From Alphaproteobacteria bacterium UBA3637 (GTDB taxonomy: Bacteria; Pseudomonadota; Alphaproteobacteria; CAAHEQ01; UBA3637), in assembly GCA_002373615.1 (NCBI GenBank), contig DFKU01000040.1, positions 1-46,944 on the forward strand: a stretch of 46,944 nucleotides of DNA. The letters run 5' to 3'. This document shows, piece after piece, positions 37,060 to 44,685 of the stretch (position 1 is the stretch's first letter; each line of letters opens with the position of its first letter). The notes under the pieces were generated by a model. That model worked only from the letters and a program-made list of their open reading frames with translations. It did not search any database and was not told the DNA's origin. A program made the translations under genes and the position numbers.

Positions 37060-37836
37060 ATGAAAAGAAATAATTTAAAACAAAATGTCATTCTGAGTGA
37101 AACGAAGAATCTGATGAGATCCTTCACATTCGTTCAGGATGACAGAGAATCTGGTCGGTCGATGGTGGAAATGTTGGGAGTGTTAGCAGTGATGGGCGTC
37201 TTGAGTGTCGCGGGCATTGCCGGTTATAATACAGCGATGAATCAACACCGTGCCAATGAAGCCGTTAACTCTGCGATGCGGGCGGCGGTTATGTTATCTG
37301 CGCAACGCCTCGCCAATCCATCCGCCACTTTAAGTGCCAACGGTTTAGACAGTGCCATTACTGTTGGTAATGACACGGATAAACTGGTTTTGACTTTAAG
37401 CAATGTGGATGAAAAAGTCCGTTCCAGAATTGAGGCCATGGGACTTAAAAACGCCACGATCAGCTCTGATGGAAATGGTGCTTTAACTTTTACCTTTAAC
37501 AACGATTTATCCGAAAGAAACAGTGCGGGCGGAAATGAGCAACAAGAGCCCGAGCCCGTTGCTGACCCGTGTGCAGGATTTACTGCGACGATTTGCACAA
37601 CAGCTTGCACAAATAATAATGGAAAAGCTATTTATACCTATGAAAAGAAGGGGACAGCTTGTGGTATAGACGGAGGTAGAGCTTGTGATGGAAATGGAAT
37701 TTGCAATCGATGCCCTGATGACACATATGCAGCTTTATCATCGTATGGTAATGGTGATGAGAGTAATGTACCTGGCTGTAACTGTTCTGGATCAATGGGA
37801 TGGAACTCACAGCTTGAAAGATGTGAAAAAAAATAA
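37060..37836 (+). CDS. type IV pilin-like protein, paralog 3, with Cys-rich C-terminal module
   Basis: A 32-aa leader ends in ESG, followed by RSMVEMLGVLAVMGVLSVAGIAGYNTAMNQHRANE. Next come a small beta-rich region, an acidic/Pro linker (QQEPEPVADP), and a C-terminal module with 12 Cys. Confidence 0.65.
   Translation: MKRNNLKQNVILSETKNLMRSFTFVQDDRESGRSMVEMLGVLAVMGVLSVAGIAGYNTAMNQHRANEAVNSAMRAAVMLSAQRLANPSATLSANGLDSAITVGNDTDKLVLTLSNVDEKVRSRIEAMGLKNATISSDGNGALTFTFNNDLSERNSAGGNEQQEPEPVADPCAGFTATICTTACTNNNGKAIYTYEKKGTACGIDGGRACDGNGICNRCPDDTYAALSSYGNGDESNVPGCNCSGSMGWNSQLERCEKK
37086..37144. repeat. palindromic element family 3 (TGTCATTCTGAG...CAGGATGACA)
   Basis: Inverted termini with an inner stem GAAGAATCTG/..; translated in frame as VILSETKNLMRSFTFVQDD within the leader peptide. 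Confidence 0.65.
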
Positions 37837-37926
37837 CAGAAATTAATGACGAAATGTGTATTTGTGATCGTAATATGATTTTTTAACCGAGGCATGCTAT
37901 CATTCTGGTGGCATAGCAAATTAAAT

Positions 37927-37953
37927 AATCCCCGAAAAATGCGGGGATTATTT
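37927..37953. terminator. bidirectional intrinsic terminator between pilin-like paralog 3 and parB
   Basis: AATCCCCG-AAAAATG-CGGGGATT, flanked by A/T runs on both sides. Confidence 0.75.
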
Positions 37954-38796
37954 TCACAAAAACCGTTTTAACAATTCTTGTAACTGTTCGGGGGATTTAT
38001 AGGTAAAACTTAAAGTCCCCTTTTTGCCGTTCCATTTAAGGTTCACTTTCATCCCCAATTTTTGAGCCAAATCCTGTTCAAGTGATTGAATATCTTCATC
38101 TTTTTCATTCATTTGGACAGTCTTTTTTGGGGGATGTTTTTTAATTTCAACTGCCTTTTCGGCTTCCCGCACTGTCATTCCTTTATTGATGATTTGCAGG
38201 GCCAATTCTTCCGATTTTTCCACGCCAATCAGTGCCCGTGCGTGCCCTGGGGTGATTTGCTTATCTTCCAACATTTTCCGAATTGTGGATGGTAAATCCA
38301 ACAAACGCAACGTATTCGCAATATAACTGCGGCTTTTGCCTAAAACTTCAGCCAAAGCCTCCTGCGTATAGGCAAATTCCTTCATCAAACGCGCGTAGGC
38401 CTCCCCCTCTTCTATCGGATTTAAATCCTCGCGTTGCAGGTTTTCAATCAAGGCCACTTCCAAGGCATCTTTATCATTAAAATCTTTAATAATAACAGGA
38501 ACTTGCAAAAGGCCAGCCTGTTGTGAAGCGCGGAAACGACGTTCCCCGGCAATGATTTCATATCCCCCTAAACTTTTTGGGCGCACCAACAAAGGTTGCA
38601 AAACGCCTTTTGTCTTGATGGAAGCCACCAAATCCTGAATGGCCTCAGGCCGAAAAACGCGCCGCGGTTGAAAGCGGCTGGGGCTCAATTCCCCGATCGC
38701 CACCATCTTGATTGTTTCTTCCGGCGCCGCATTGATATCCGCCACGGTATCATCGCCCATCAAAAAACTTAAACCTTTTCCTAATCTATTGTCCAT
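37954..38796 (-). CDS. parB: chromosome partitioning protein ParB (parS-binding CTPase)
   Basis: IIAGERRFRAS ParB box plus an HTH region. Confidence 0.95.
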   Translation of the reverse strand: MDNRLGKGLSFLMGDDTVADINAAPEETIKMVAIGELSPSRFQPRRVFRPEAIQDLVASIKTKGVLQPLLVRPKSLGGYEIIAGERRFRASQQAGLLQVPVIIKDFNDKDALEVALIENLQREDLNPIEEGEAYARLMKEFAYTQEALAEVLGKSRSYIANTLRLLDLPSTIRKMLEDKQITPGHARALIGVEKSEELALQIINKGMTVREAEKAVEIKKHPPKKTVQMNEKDEDIQSLEQDLAQKLGMKVNLKWNGKKGTLSFTYKSPEQLQELLKRFL

Positions 38797-39568
38797 TTTG
38801 TTCTCCTTTGTTACGTTTTAAAACTTCGGCTGCCAAGCGCAAATAGCTTTGGGCGCCCACACTTTTGAAATCATACAGCATGACGGGTTTTCCATGGCTG
38901 GGTGCCTCAGGAATCCGCACATTTCTGGGGATAATTGTGTCAAAAACCAAGGGGCCAAAAAACGATCTGACATCCGCTTGTACCGATTTTGCCAGGTTAG
39001 ACCGCCCGTCATACATGGTTAAAACAACCCCTTGAATTTTTAAGCTTGGATTAAAGTTTTTCTTAATCTTTTCAATCGTTTTCATTAAATCTGCTACCCC
39101 TTCCAAAGCCAAATATTCACATTGAATCGGAATAATAACTTGAGTGGAAGCCACCAGAGCGTTTAAAGTGAGGAGCCCCACTGCCGGTGGACAATCCATA
39201 AAGATATAATCGAAGTCATTTTCGGCCGCTTGAAGGGCTTTTTTAAGATAAAATTGAGGATGTTCAGTCCCCGCCAATTCCAAGTCAACCCCCAGCAATT
39301 CTTGACTGGCCGGCAACACATATAAATTGGGCACTAATGTTGACTGAACAGCTTCCATCAAGGGGGCTTGCCCCGTTAAAACACCATAAGAACTGGCACG
39401 TCCCAGTTGGCGACGAAGACCAAAACTGACGGTTGCATTGCCTTGCGGATCCAAATCAATAATCAGAATTTTTTTATTAAGGGCAGACAGAGCTGTGGCC
39501 AAGTTCACCACTGTTGTTGTTTTTCCAACTCCCCCTTTTTGATTGGATACTGCAAAAATTTCACTCAT
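38786..39568 (-). CDS. parA: chromosome partitioning ATPase ParA
   Basis: Deviant Walker A NQKGGVGKTT; 260 aa. Confidence 0.95.
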   Translation of the reverse strand: MSEIFAVSNQKGGVGKTTTVVNLATALSALNKKILIIDLDPQGNATVSFGLRRQLGRASSYGVLTGQAPLMEAVQSTLVPNLYVLPASQELLGVDLELAGTEHPQFYLKKALQAAENDFDYIFMDCPPAVGLLTLNALVASTQVIIPIQCEYLALEGVADLMKTIEKIKKNFNPSLKIQGVVLTMYDGRSNLAKSVQADVRSFFGPLVFDTIIPRNVRIPEAPSHGKPVMLYDFKSVGAQSYLRLAAEVLKRNKGEQNGQ

Positions 39569-40175
39569 ATTTCACCCCCGATATTTTTAAGATAACCCCT
39601 TCTGAATATTCATTTGGAAATTCTTCAATTTGTGCGTCAAATTGGCAATTTTTTATTTCCTCTTTATACCCTTTTCCTTTTGGTAAAATCCAAATTGTTT
39701 CACGTGAAACAATTTTTCGACACAATATAAGTATTTGATTTAATTCAGAAAATGCACGACAAGTTAAAACATCACTTTTTAAATTTTCTATCTTTTCTAC
39801 CCGTTCGGATAGGATATTTAAATTGAGTCCTAATTGCCTATTTACCTCTTTCAAAAAGATAGCTTTTTTATTATCGCTTTCAATTAAAGTAATTGTTAAA
39901 GGAAAATTGGCAACTTTATTTAAAATTCCCAAAATAATTCCAGGAAATCCGCCGCCGCTCCCCACATCCGTTAAAGTTTTACTTGAATCAGGAATATATT
40001 TCCAAAGTTGAGCAGAATCCAAAACATGTCTTTTTTGAAGATCAGGGATAGTATTTTTTGAAATTAAATTTACATGTTTTTGCCATTCAAGCAAAACTTT
40101 GATATATTTTTCAATATCTTGTTGTGATTCCTTTAAAACTTTTTCAAATTGTTTCACGTGAAACATTCCCCTCAT
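39561..40175 (-). CDS. rsmG: 16S rRNA (guanine527-N7)-methyltransferase
   Basis: GSGGGFPG SAM-binding motif and the conserved rsmG-parA-parB order. Confidence 0.92.
   Translation of the reverse strand: MRGMFHVKQFEKVLKESQQDIEKYIKVLLEWQKHVNLISKNTIPDLQKRHVLDSAQLWKYIPDSSKTLTDVGSGGGFPGIILGILNKVANFPLTITLIESDNKKAIFLKEVNRQLGLNLNILSERVEKIENLKSDVLTCRAFSELNQILILCRKIVSRETIWILPKGKGYKEEIKNCQFDAQIEEFPNEYSEGVILKISGVKYE
39696..39711. promoter_or_regulatory. parS: parS site 1 (TGTTTCACGTGAAACA)
   Basis: Exact match to the canonical 16-bp parS palindrome. It lies inside the rsmG 3' region and is read as VSRET. Confidence 0.9.
40150..40165. promoter_or_regulatory. parS: parS site 2
   Basis: Exact TGTTTCACGTGAAACA at the rsmG 5' end, read as MFHVK. 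Confidence 0.9.
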
Positions 40176-40229
40176 CTGATTGTTAAGATAAGGAGATTAT
40201 AAATAAATTAAAATAAAAAAACAATAGTT

Positions 40230-40634
40230 TTAAAAATAAAATTTTACAGTATTTTTTGAACAATTACTTTTTTCTATATTTTTTGCACCAGCAAAATGAT
40301 TATCAAAACTATTACAGAGTTTTTCTTCTACCCGATTTAAAGTGATAGAAAATCCCCCATTTGATTCAGATTTAGCCGAAGCAGGATACCCAGCAATAGA
40401 AAATGTTTCACGTGAAACATTTTGAGGATTTGACAACATAAGTGTTTGAATTTCAATATTTTTTATTTGTAATTCTTGAGCAATTTTATTCTTTTTTAAT
40501 TGAAAATTAGCTGTATTATATCCTTTGACAGATTGAGCAGTCATCATTCCGTCCACAGCCATACTTCCCATTAGGTCAATCATTTGCGCTGAAGTAGAAA
40601 GTGATGTACCCAGTATTAGTAAAAATAAAATCAT
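40230..40634 (-). CDS. hypothetical secreted protein
   Basis: The start at 40634 overlaps the dnaQ stop (ATGA). It has a signal-like N terminus, MILFLLILGTSLSTSAQ. It contains parS site 3. Confidence 0.55.
   Translation of the reverse strand: MILFLLILGTSLSTSAQMIDLMGSMAVDGMMTAQSVKGYNTANFQLKKNKIAQELQIKNIEIQTLMLSNPQNVSRETFSIAGYPASAKSESNGGFSITLNRVEEKLCNSFDNHFAGAKNIEKSNCSKNTVKFYF
40404..40419. promoter_or_regulatory. parS: parS site 3
   Basis: Exact 16-mer within a 22-bp perfect palindrome, AAATGTTTCACGTGAAACATTT. Confidence 0.9.
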
Positions 40635-41317
40635 ATCTCCCCCCATATTGGATTTTTAATTTTTGATAAAAATTCTGTGTGGGCAGATTCTTCCGTTGGA
40701 TCTAAATTCCACTCACGTACAGGAAATGTTTCACGTGAAACATTTTTTAAATTATGACTAACTGTTTGATTTTGTTGTTTTTTTTGAGTGGAAGAAAAAT
40801 TTAATTCCCGATTTGTAATCAATTCCAGATACACGTCAGCCAATAATTCTGAGTCCAACAAAGCCCCATGGACCGTCCGGCGCGAAGCATCCACTTTATA
40901 GCGCTTGCATAATTCATCCAAGTTCACTCTTGCCCCTGGAAATTTTTTCCGCGCAATTAATAATGTATCAATGACAGGATTTGGTAATTCTGCTTTTCCA
41001 CAGGCCTTTAATTCGTAATTCAAAAAATTCATATCAAAGGCGGCATTATGGATCACAAGCGGCGTATTTTCGCCAACGAAGGCCAAAAAATCATCTGCAA
41101 TTTCTTCAAATAATGGCTTGTCAGACAAAAATTCTTCCGTCAAACCGTGCACAGCTACAACTTCCTGGCTGATAGCGCGCATTGGATTAATGTATTGATG
41201 ATACGTCTTTCCGGTCGGTAAGTGGTTTTCCAATTCCACACACCCAATTTCAACAATCTTATCCCCCTTTTCGGGATTCAGTCCTGTTGTTTCTGTATCC
41301 AAAACGATTTCACGCAT
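40631..41317 (-). CDS. dnaQ: DNA polymerase III epsilon subunit (3'-5' proofreading exonuclease)
   Basis: Exo I DTETTGL, Exo II HNAAFD, Exo III HGALLDSELLADVY. Confidence 0.93.
   Translation of the reverse strand: MREIVLDTETTGLNPEKGDKIVEIGCVELENHLPTGKTYHQYINPMRAISQEVVAVHGLTEEFLSDKPLFEEIADDFLAFVGENTPLVIHNAAFDMNFLNYELKACGKAELPNPVIDTLLIARKKFPGARVNLDELCKRYKVDASRRTVHGALLDSELLADVYLELITNRELNFSSTQKKQQNQTVSHNLKNVSRETFPVREWNLDPTEESAHTEFLSKIKNPIWGEI
40727..40742. promoter_or_regulatory. parS: parS site 4
   Basis: Exact 16-mer within the same 22-bp palindrome, in the dnaQ C-terminal tail (NVSRETF). Confidence 0.9.
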
Positions 41318-41407
41318 AAAGGCTCCTTCTAAGGTATTTTAACAAAAAATGCCTATAAAAGCAAGATTTATGTTGCGCTTTTGATTTTTATATGGTAGTG
41401 TAATTTT

Positions 41408-41591
41408 GAATCAAGCAGGTGCTTGGTTCGGCTGGGCGTAAGACCCCTGCAAAGTTGCTGATAAAGCGTAAAAACTGCCTTTTAGTTCAAAGGACTGGAA
41501 GGCAGGTAATAAAGGGCCTTTCAGGGCTTTTAATAACTGCGCATAACTTTGTAATGTCTTAACTTCCAGTCGCTGATAGCGACTTTTTTTA
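41408..41591 (+). promoter_or_regulatory. structured 5' leader RNA (type D) with terminator/antiterminator, upstream of pilin-like paralog 4
   Basis: Candidate promoter is TTGCGC at 41373-78, 17-nt spacer, TAGTGT at 41396-401. GACUGGAAG (41493-501) is perfectly complementary to CUUCCAGUC (41563-71). That segment overlaps the terminator AGUCGC-ugaua-GCGACU plus U7 (41568-91). The core GGACUGGAAGGcagGUAAUAAAGGG parallels the leaders at 377-580 and 23546-23719. Confidence 0.55.
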
Positions 41592-41615
41592 ACATTTAAC
41601 GAAAGGAAAAATAAA

Positions 41616-42212
41616 ATGAGTAAAAGTCAAAAGAAGAACGAACAAGGACGGTCCATGGTGGAAATGCTGGGGGTTTTAGCGGTGATCGGTGTCTTGAGTG
41701 TCGCAGGCATTGCAGGGTATAATACAGCCATGCGGTCACACAAAGCCAATGAAGTTTTGAATGCAGCCAGTATGTTTTATGTGCTAGCAAAAGCCCAAAA
41801 TCAGGGGAATGGTCCAAGTGGTAATATAAACTATGCTGATGTGGGTGGTACAAATCCATCAGGGGCAACCCTCACCTACACAGACAATGCTTTCACCATC
41901 ACTTTCACGGATACGGATGATTGCACCATGGCCGCGAATAAGTTGGGTGACAAGGCAACTACTGATTGTACCAATAAAAAATTAACCGTTAACTTCGGGG
42001 AAACAACAACATCCCAAACACCAGAAGAACCTCAGGAAGATTTAACAATTGTAGACATGCAAGACGGAAATTGTCCTTCTGGATATAAACCTACAGGGAT
42101 AGATGATAAGTGTGCTAAATCATTAACAGATGCAGCAAAGCTATGTTCAAGCGGATGCGCGCAAGATACACCACTAGAATATGCTTGCGTTGATTCCAGT
42201 TATTGTCTATGA
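41616..42212 (+). CDS. type IV pilin-like protein, paralog 4 (archetype with short leader), with Cys-rich C-terminal module
   Basis: MSKSQKKNEQG/RSMVEMLGVLAVIGVLSVAGIAGYNTAM. This is a short basic leader ending in Gly, with Glu at +5 and a roughly 20-aa hydrophobic helix. It continues with a small beta region, an acidic/Pro linker (TPEEPQED), and a C-terminal module with 6 Cys. It has an AAAGGA RBS. Confidence 0.7.
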   Translation: MSKSQKKNEQGRSMVEMLGVLAVIGVLSVAGIAGYNTAMRSHKANEVLNAASMFYVLAKAQNQGNGPSGNINYADVGGTNPSGATLTYTDNAFTITFTDTDDCTMAANKLGDKATTDCTNKKLTVNFGETTTSQTPEEPQEDLTIVDMQDGNCPSGYKPTGIDDKCAKSLTDAAKLCSSGCAQDTPLEYACVDSSYCL

Positions 42213-42271
42213 TATTTTTCTTGCGTTTCCTTTTGTTTTATGCGATAGTATAGGGCGAAAGGAATTCTTTT

Positions 42272-44014
42272 ATGCCTATCCGATTACTCCCCCAAAATCT
42301 TGTCAATCAAATTGCTGCCGGTGAGGTGGTGGAACGCCCCGCCAGTGCCATTAAAGAATTGATTGAAAATGCGATTGATGCGTGTGCCACCCAGATTGAT
42401 GTGCGCTTGGAAAACGGGGGAAAGACCTTTTTTTCGGTGGCGGATAACGGAAAAGGCATGAGTCAAGAGGAACTGCCTGTTGCCATTCAAAGACATGCGA
42501 CCAGTAAATTGCCCAAAGATGACCTGTTAGACATCAATTTTTTGGGCTTTCGGGGGGAAGCGCTCCCCTCCATCGCTTCTGTTGCCAAAATGACAATAAC
42601 CTCACGCACAGCGGATTCGGACACAGGTTGGCGGTTAGAGGTAACGGGCGGCATTACCGAAAAGCCCTGCCCTGCCCCACGCGCCCTTGGGACAACGATA
42701 GAGGTCCATAACCTCTTTTACAATGTCCCTGCCCGCCTTAAATTTTTAAAATCCGATCAAAGTGAGCAAGGGGCCATCAGGGAAGTCTTTGATCGCTTGG
42801 CGATGGGGAACCCAGAAATTACTTTTTCTTTGGCCACAGAAAATAGGAAACTCGCCCATTATCCCGCAACAGAAAGCCTGTTTGACCGTGTCGCTATGGT
42901 AATTGGGCATCAATTTAAAGAAAACGCCCTGCCCGTTCAGGCAGAATATGAAGGGATAAAATTGGCGGGCTTTGTGGGCCTGCCCACCTATACGCGCGCC
43001 ACCAGTACAGAACAATACTTATTTGTCAATGGGCGCTCGGTCAAAGATAAAGTGTTGTTGGGTGCGATTCGGGGCGCTTATCAAGGTTTAATGGGGCATG
43101 GCAGTGAGGGGCACCCTGTCCTTGCCCTATTCCTGTCTGTTCCAAAAGATAAAATTGATGTCAATGTGTCGCCCGCCAAAACAGAAGTGAGATTTGCCGA
43201 GGCCGGACGAATTCGGGGATTATTGGTCGCCAGTATCCGAAATGCTTTGGCGGAACACGGGCAAAAGACCGCAAGTACCATTTCTATCGGGGCTTTGGAT
43301 ACCTTTATTCCCCGTGAAACACCTATGGCCTATTCGGCACCGGTGCGTCATACGCCTGTCCAACATACTTTCAATTTACAGGACTCTTATCAGGTTAAAA
43401 AGGAAGTATCCGCCCCTACCCCCGTGGTTGAGGATGACTTTCCGCCGTTGGGCCTGGCCAAAGCGCAAGTCCATAAAACATATATTATTGCCCAAACAAA
43501 AGAGGGCTTTGTGGTGGTGGATCAACACGCGGCGCATGAACGGCTGACCTATGAAAAAATGATGGCCAATTTTGGCGAACACCCGCAAACACAACTGTTG
43601 TTGGTGCCTGAAATTATCGATTTAAAGCCGGAAGAAGTGGCCCTATTAAATGCGCGTGCGCCCGAATTAAAAGAAATGGGCTGGGTGATTGATCCCTTTG
43701 GGGCGGATTCTGTGGCGGTCAGGGAACTCCCTGCATTACTTGATAAAACAGATATTCAAAAGACCATTCAAGATTTGGTGGATACCCTGCGCGCCTTTGA
43801 TGATACCGTTTTATTAAAGGATAAAATGAAAGATATTTGCGCGCGCATGGCGTGCCATGGATCGGTCAGGGCCGGGCGTGTTTTAAATCTTGATGAAATG
43901 AATGCCCTTTTGCGTCAAATGGAGGCCTGTGGCACCTCAGGTCAATGTATCCACGGGCGCCCCACCTATATTGAACTCAAATTAAAAGATATTGAAAAAT
44001 TGTTTAACCGATAA
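42272..44014 (+). CDS. mutL: DNA mismatch repair protein MutL
   Basis: GHKL N terminus NQIAAGEVVERPASAIKELIENAIDA and a C-terminal dimerisation region; 580 aa. Confidence 0.95.
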   Translation: MPIRLLPQNLVNQIAAGEVVERPASAIKELIENAIDACATQIDVRLENGGKTFFSVADNGKGMSQEELPVAIQRHATSKLPKDDLLDINFLGFRGEALPSIASVAKMTITSRTADSDTGWRLEVTGGITEKPCPAPRALGTTIEVHNLFYNVPARLKFLKSDQSEQGAIREVFDRLAMGNPEITFSLATENRKLAHYPATESLFDRVAMVIGHQFKENALPVQAEYEGIKLAGFVGLPTYTRATSTEQYLFVNGRSVKDKVLLGAIRGAYQGLMGHGSEGHPVLALFLSVPKDKIDVNVSPAKTEVRFAEAGRIRGLLVASIRNALAEHGQKTASTISIGALDTFIPRETPMAYSAPVRHTPVQHTFNLQDSYQVKKEVSAPTPVVEDDFPPLGLAKAQVHKTYIIAQTKEGFVVVDQHAAHERLTYEKMMANFGEHPQTQLLLVPEIIDLKPEEVALLNARAPELKEMGWVIDPFGADSVAVRELPALLDKTDIQKTIQDLVDTLRAFDDTVLLKDKMKDICARMACHGSVRAGRVLNLDEMNALLRQMEACGTSGQCIHGRPTYIELKLKDIEKLFNR

Positions 44015-44189
44015 TATCGGTTGTGCAATTTTTGGTAGAAACTGTACCCAAAATATTATGCTCCATCATACACTTTTCAACCTTTAAGTCCCCTGATTTT
44101 GTACGCGAAATATTGGTGACATAAGGCCCGGCATAGGTGCACCCTGTCAAAACAAACACGATAAAAATTAAAAATAGTTTTTTCATCAT
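44004..44189 (-). CDS. small lipoprotein (61 aa), paralog of 23731-23916
   Basis: I moved the start to the ATG at 44189 (MMKKLFLIFIVFVLTGC, AAGGAG RBS). The mature part is CTYAGPYVTNISRTKSGDLKVEKCMMEHN...TKNCT. Its 3' end overlaps the mutL stop region by 11 nt in a convergent arrangement. Confidence 0.75.
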   Translation of the reverse strand: MMKKLFLIFIVFVLTGCTYAGPYVTNISRTKSGDLKVEKCMMEHNILGTVSTKNCTTDIIG

Positions 44190-44199
44190 TATACTCCTT

Positions 44200-44376
44200 A
44201 AATAAAATTTAAACCACCCCAAAAGTGGTTGGAGATAGGAAACTACTCAATAAATAGTGCCACCTATTCAAGACAAAGCCCCTTATTTAGCGGCCATCCA
44301 ACCGGACTTTACCGATTGAAGATCTTCGTCCTGCTGGACGTATTGAGAGAGGCTATGATACCCCACCCTTCCGGGC
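44200..44376 (-). promoter_or_regulatory. structured 5' leader RNA (type A2), near-identical copy of 23546-23719
   Basis: Minus-strand promoter is TTGCAA (44406-11), 17-nt spacer, TAGAAT (44383-88). The reverse complement aligns almost base for base with A1. The GGGACUUU to GGGGCUUU change keeps pairing as a G-U wobble. The terminator is CCAACCAC-uuuu-GGGGUGGUU. Confidence 0.6.
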
Positions 44377-44419
44377 AAGGCTATTCTAACACAAACAAAT
44401 ATAATTTGCAAGACAATAA

Positions 44420-44685
44420 TGAGAGTGGATAACTTTGGGATAACTGGGGATAACTTGGGATAAAAAAATTTCATCAAAATATTTTTCAGAATTTATTCTT
44501 TTTTATACACAGATAAAAAGAAGAATTTTTCAGCCTTATACGATTCGCCCATCAGACCTTTTATTGCCCTAAAAAAAACGATTCGTTTTAAACTTAAAAT
44601 TCCTGTCAACAAAAATAAGAAAAAGTTTTCCACATTATCCACAGGGCTACTAAAACAACTATATTTATTATATAAAAAAGGAAAA
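44420..44685. other. oriC: candidate chromosomal replication origin (oriC): DnaA-box cluster plus AT-rich tract
   Basis: Four GGATAA-core boxes begin at 44427, 44438, 44448 and 44458, spaced 11, 10 and 10 bp apart; the first reads AGTGGATAA. A very AT-rich stretch spans 44461-44620. Tandem boxes TTTTCCACA (44626-34) and a perfect TTATCCACA (44635-43) follow. Four parS sites lie 4-5 kb away. Confidence 0.45.
44626..44643 (+). promoter_or_regulatory. tandem DnaA boxes (TTTTCCACA TTATCCACA)
   Basis: The second 9-mer equals the consensus TTATCCACA. The first matches 8 of 9 positions. Confidence 0.6.

Noticed and set aside
39696-40742. Recurrent VSRET / FHVK peptide motif as a possible protein domain or repeat
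   Set aside because: The underlying DNA is the exact canonical parS palindrome, so the peptide recurrence is explained at the DNA level.
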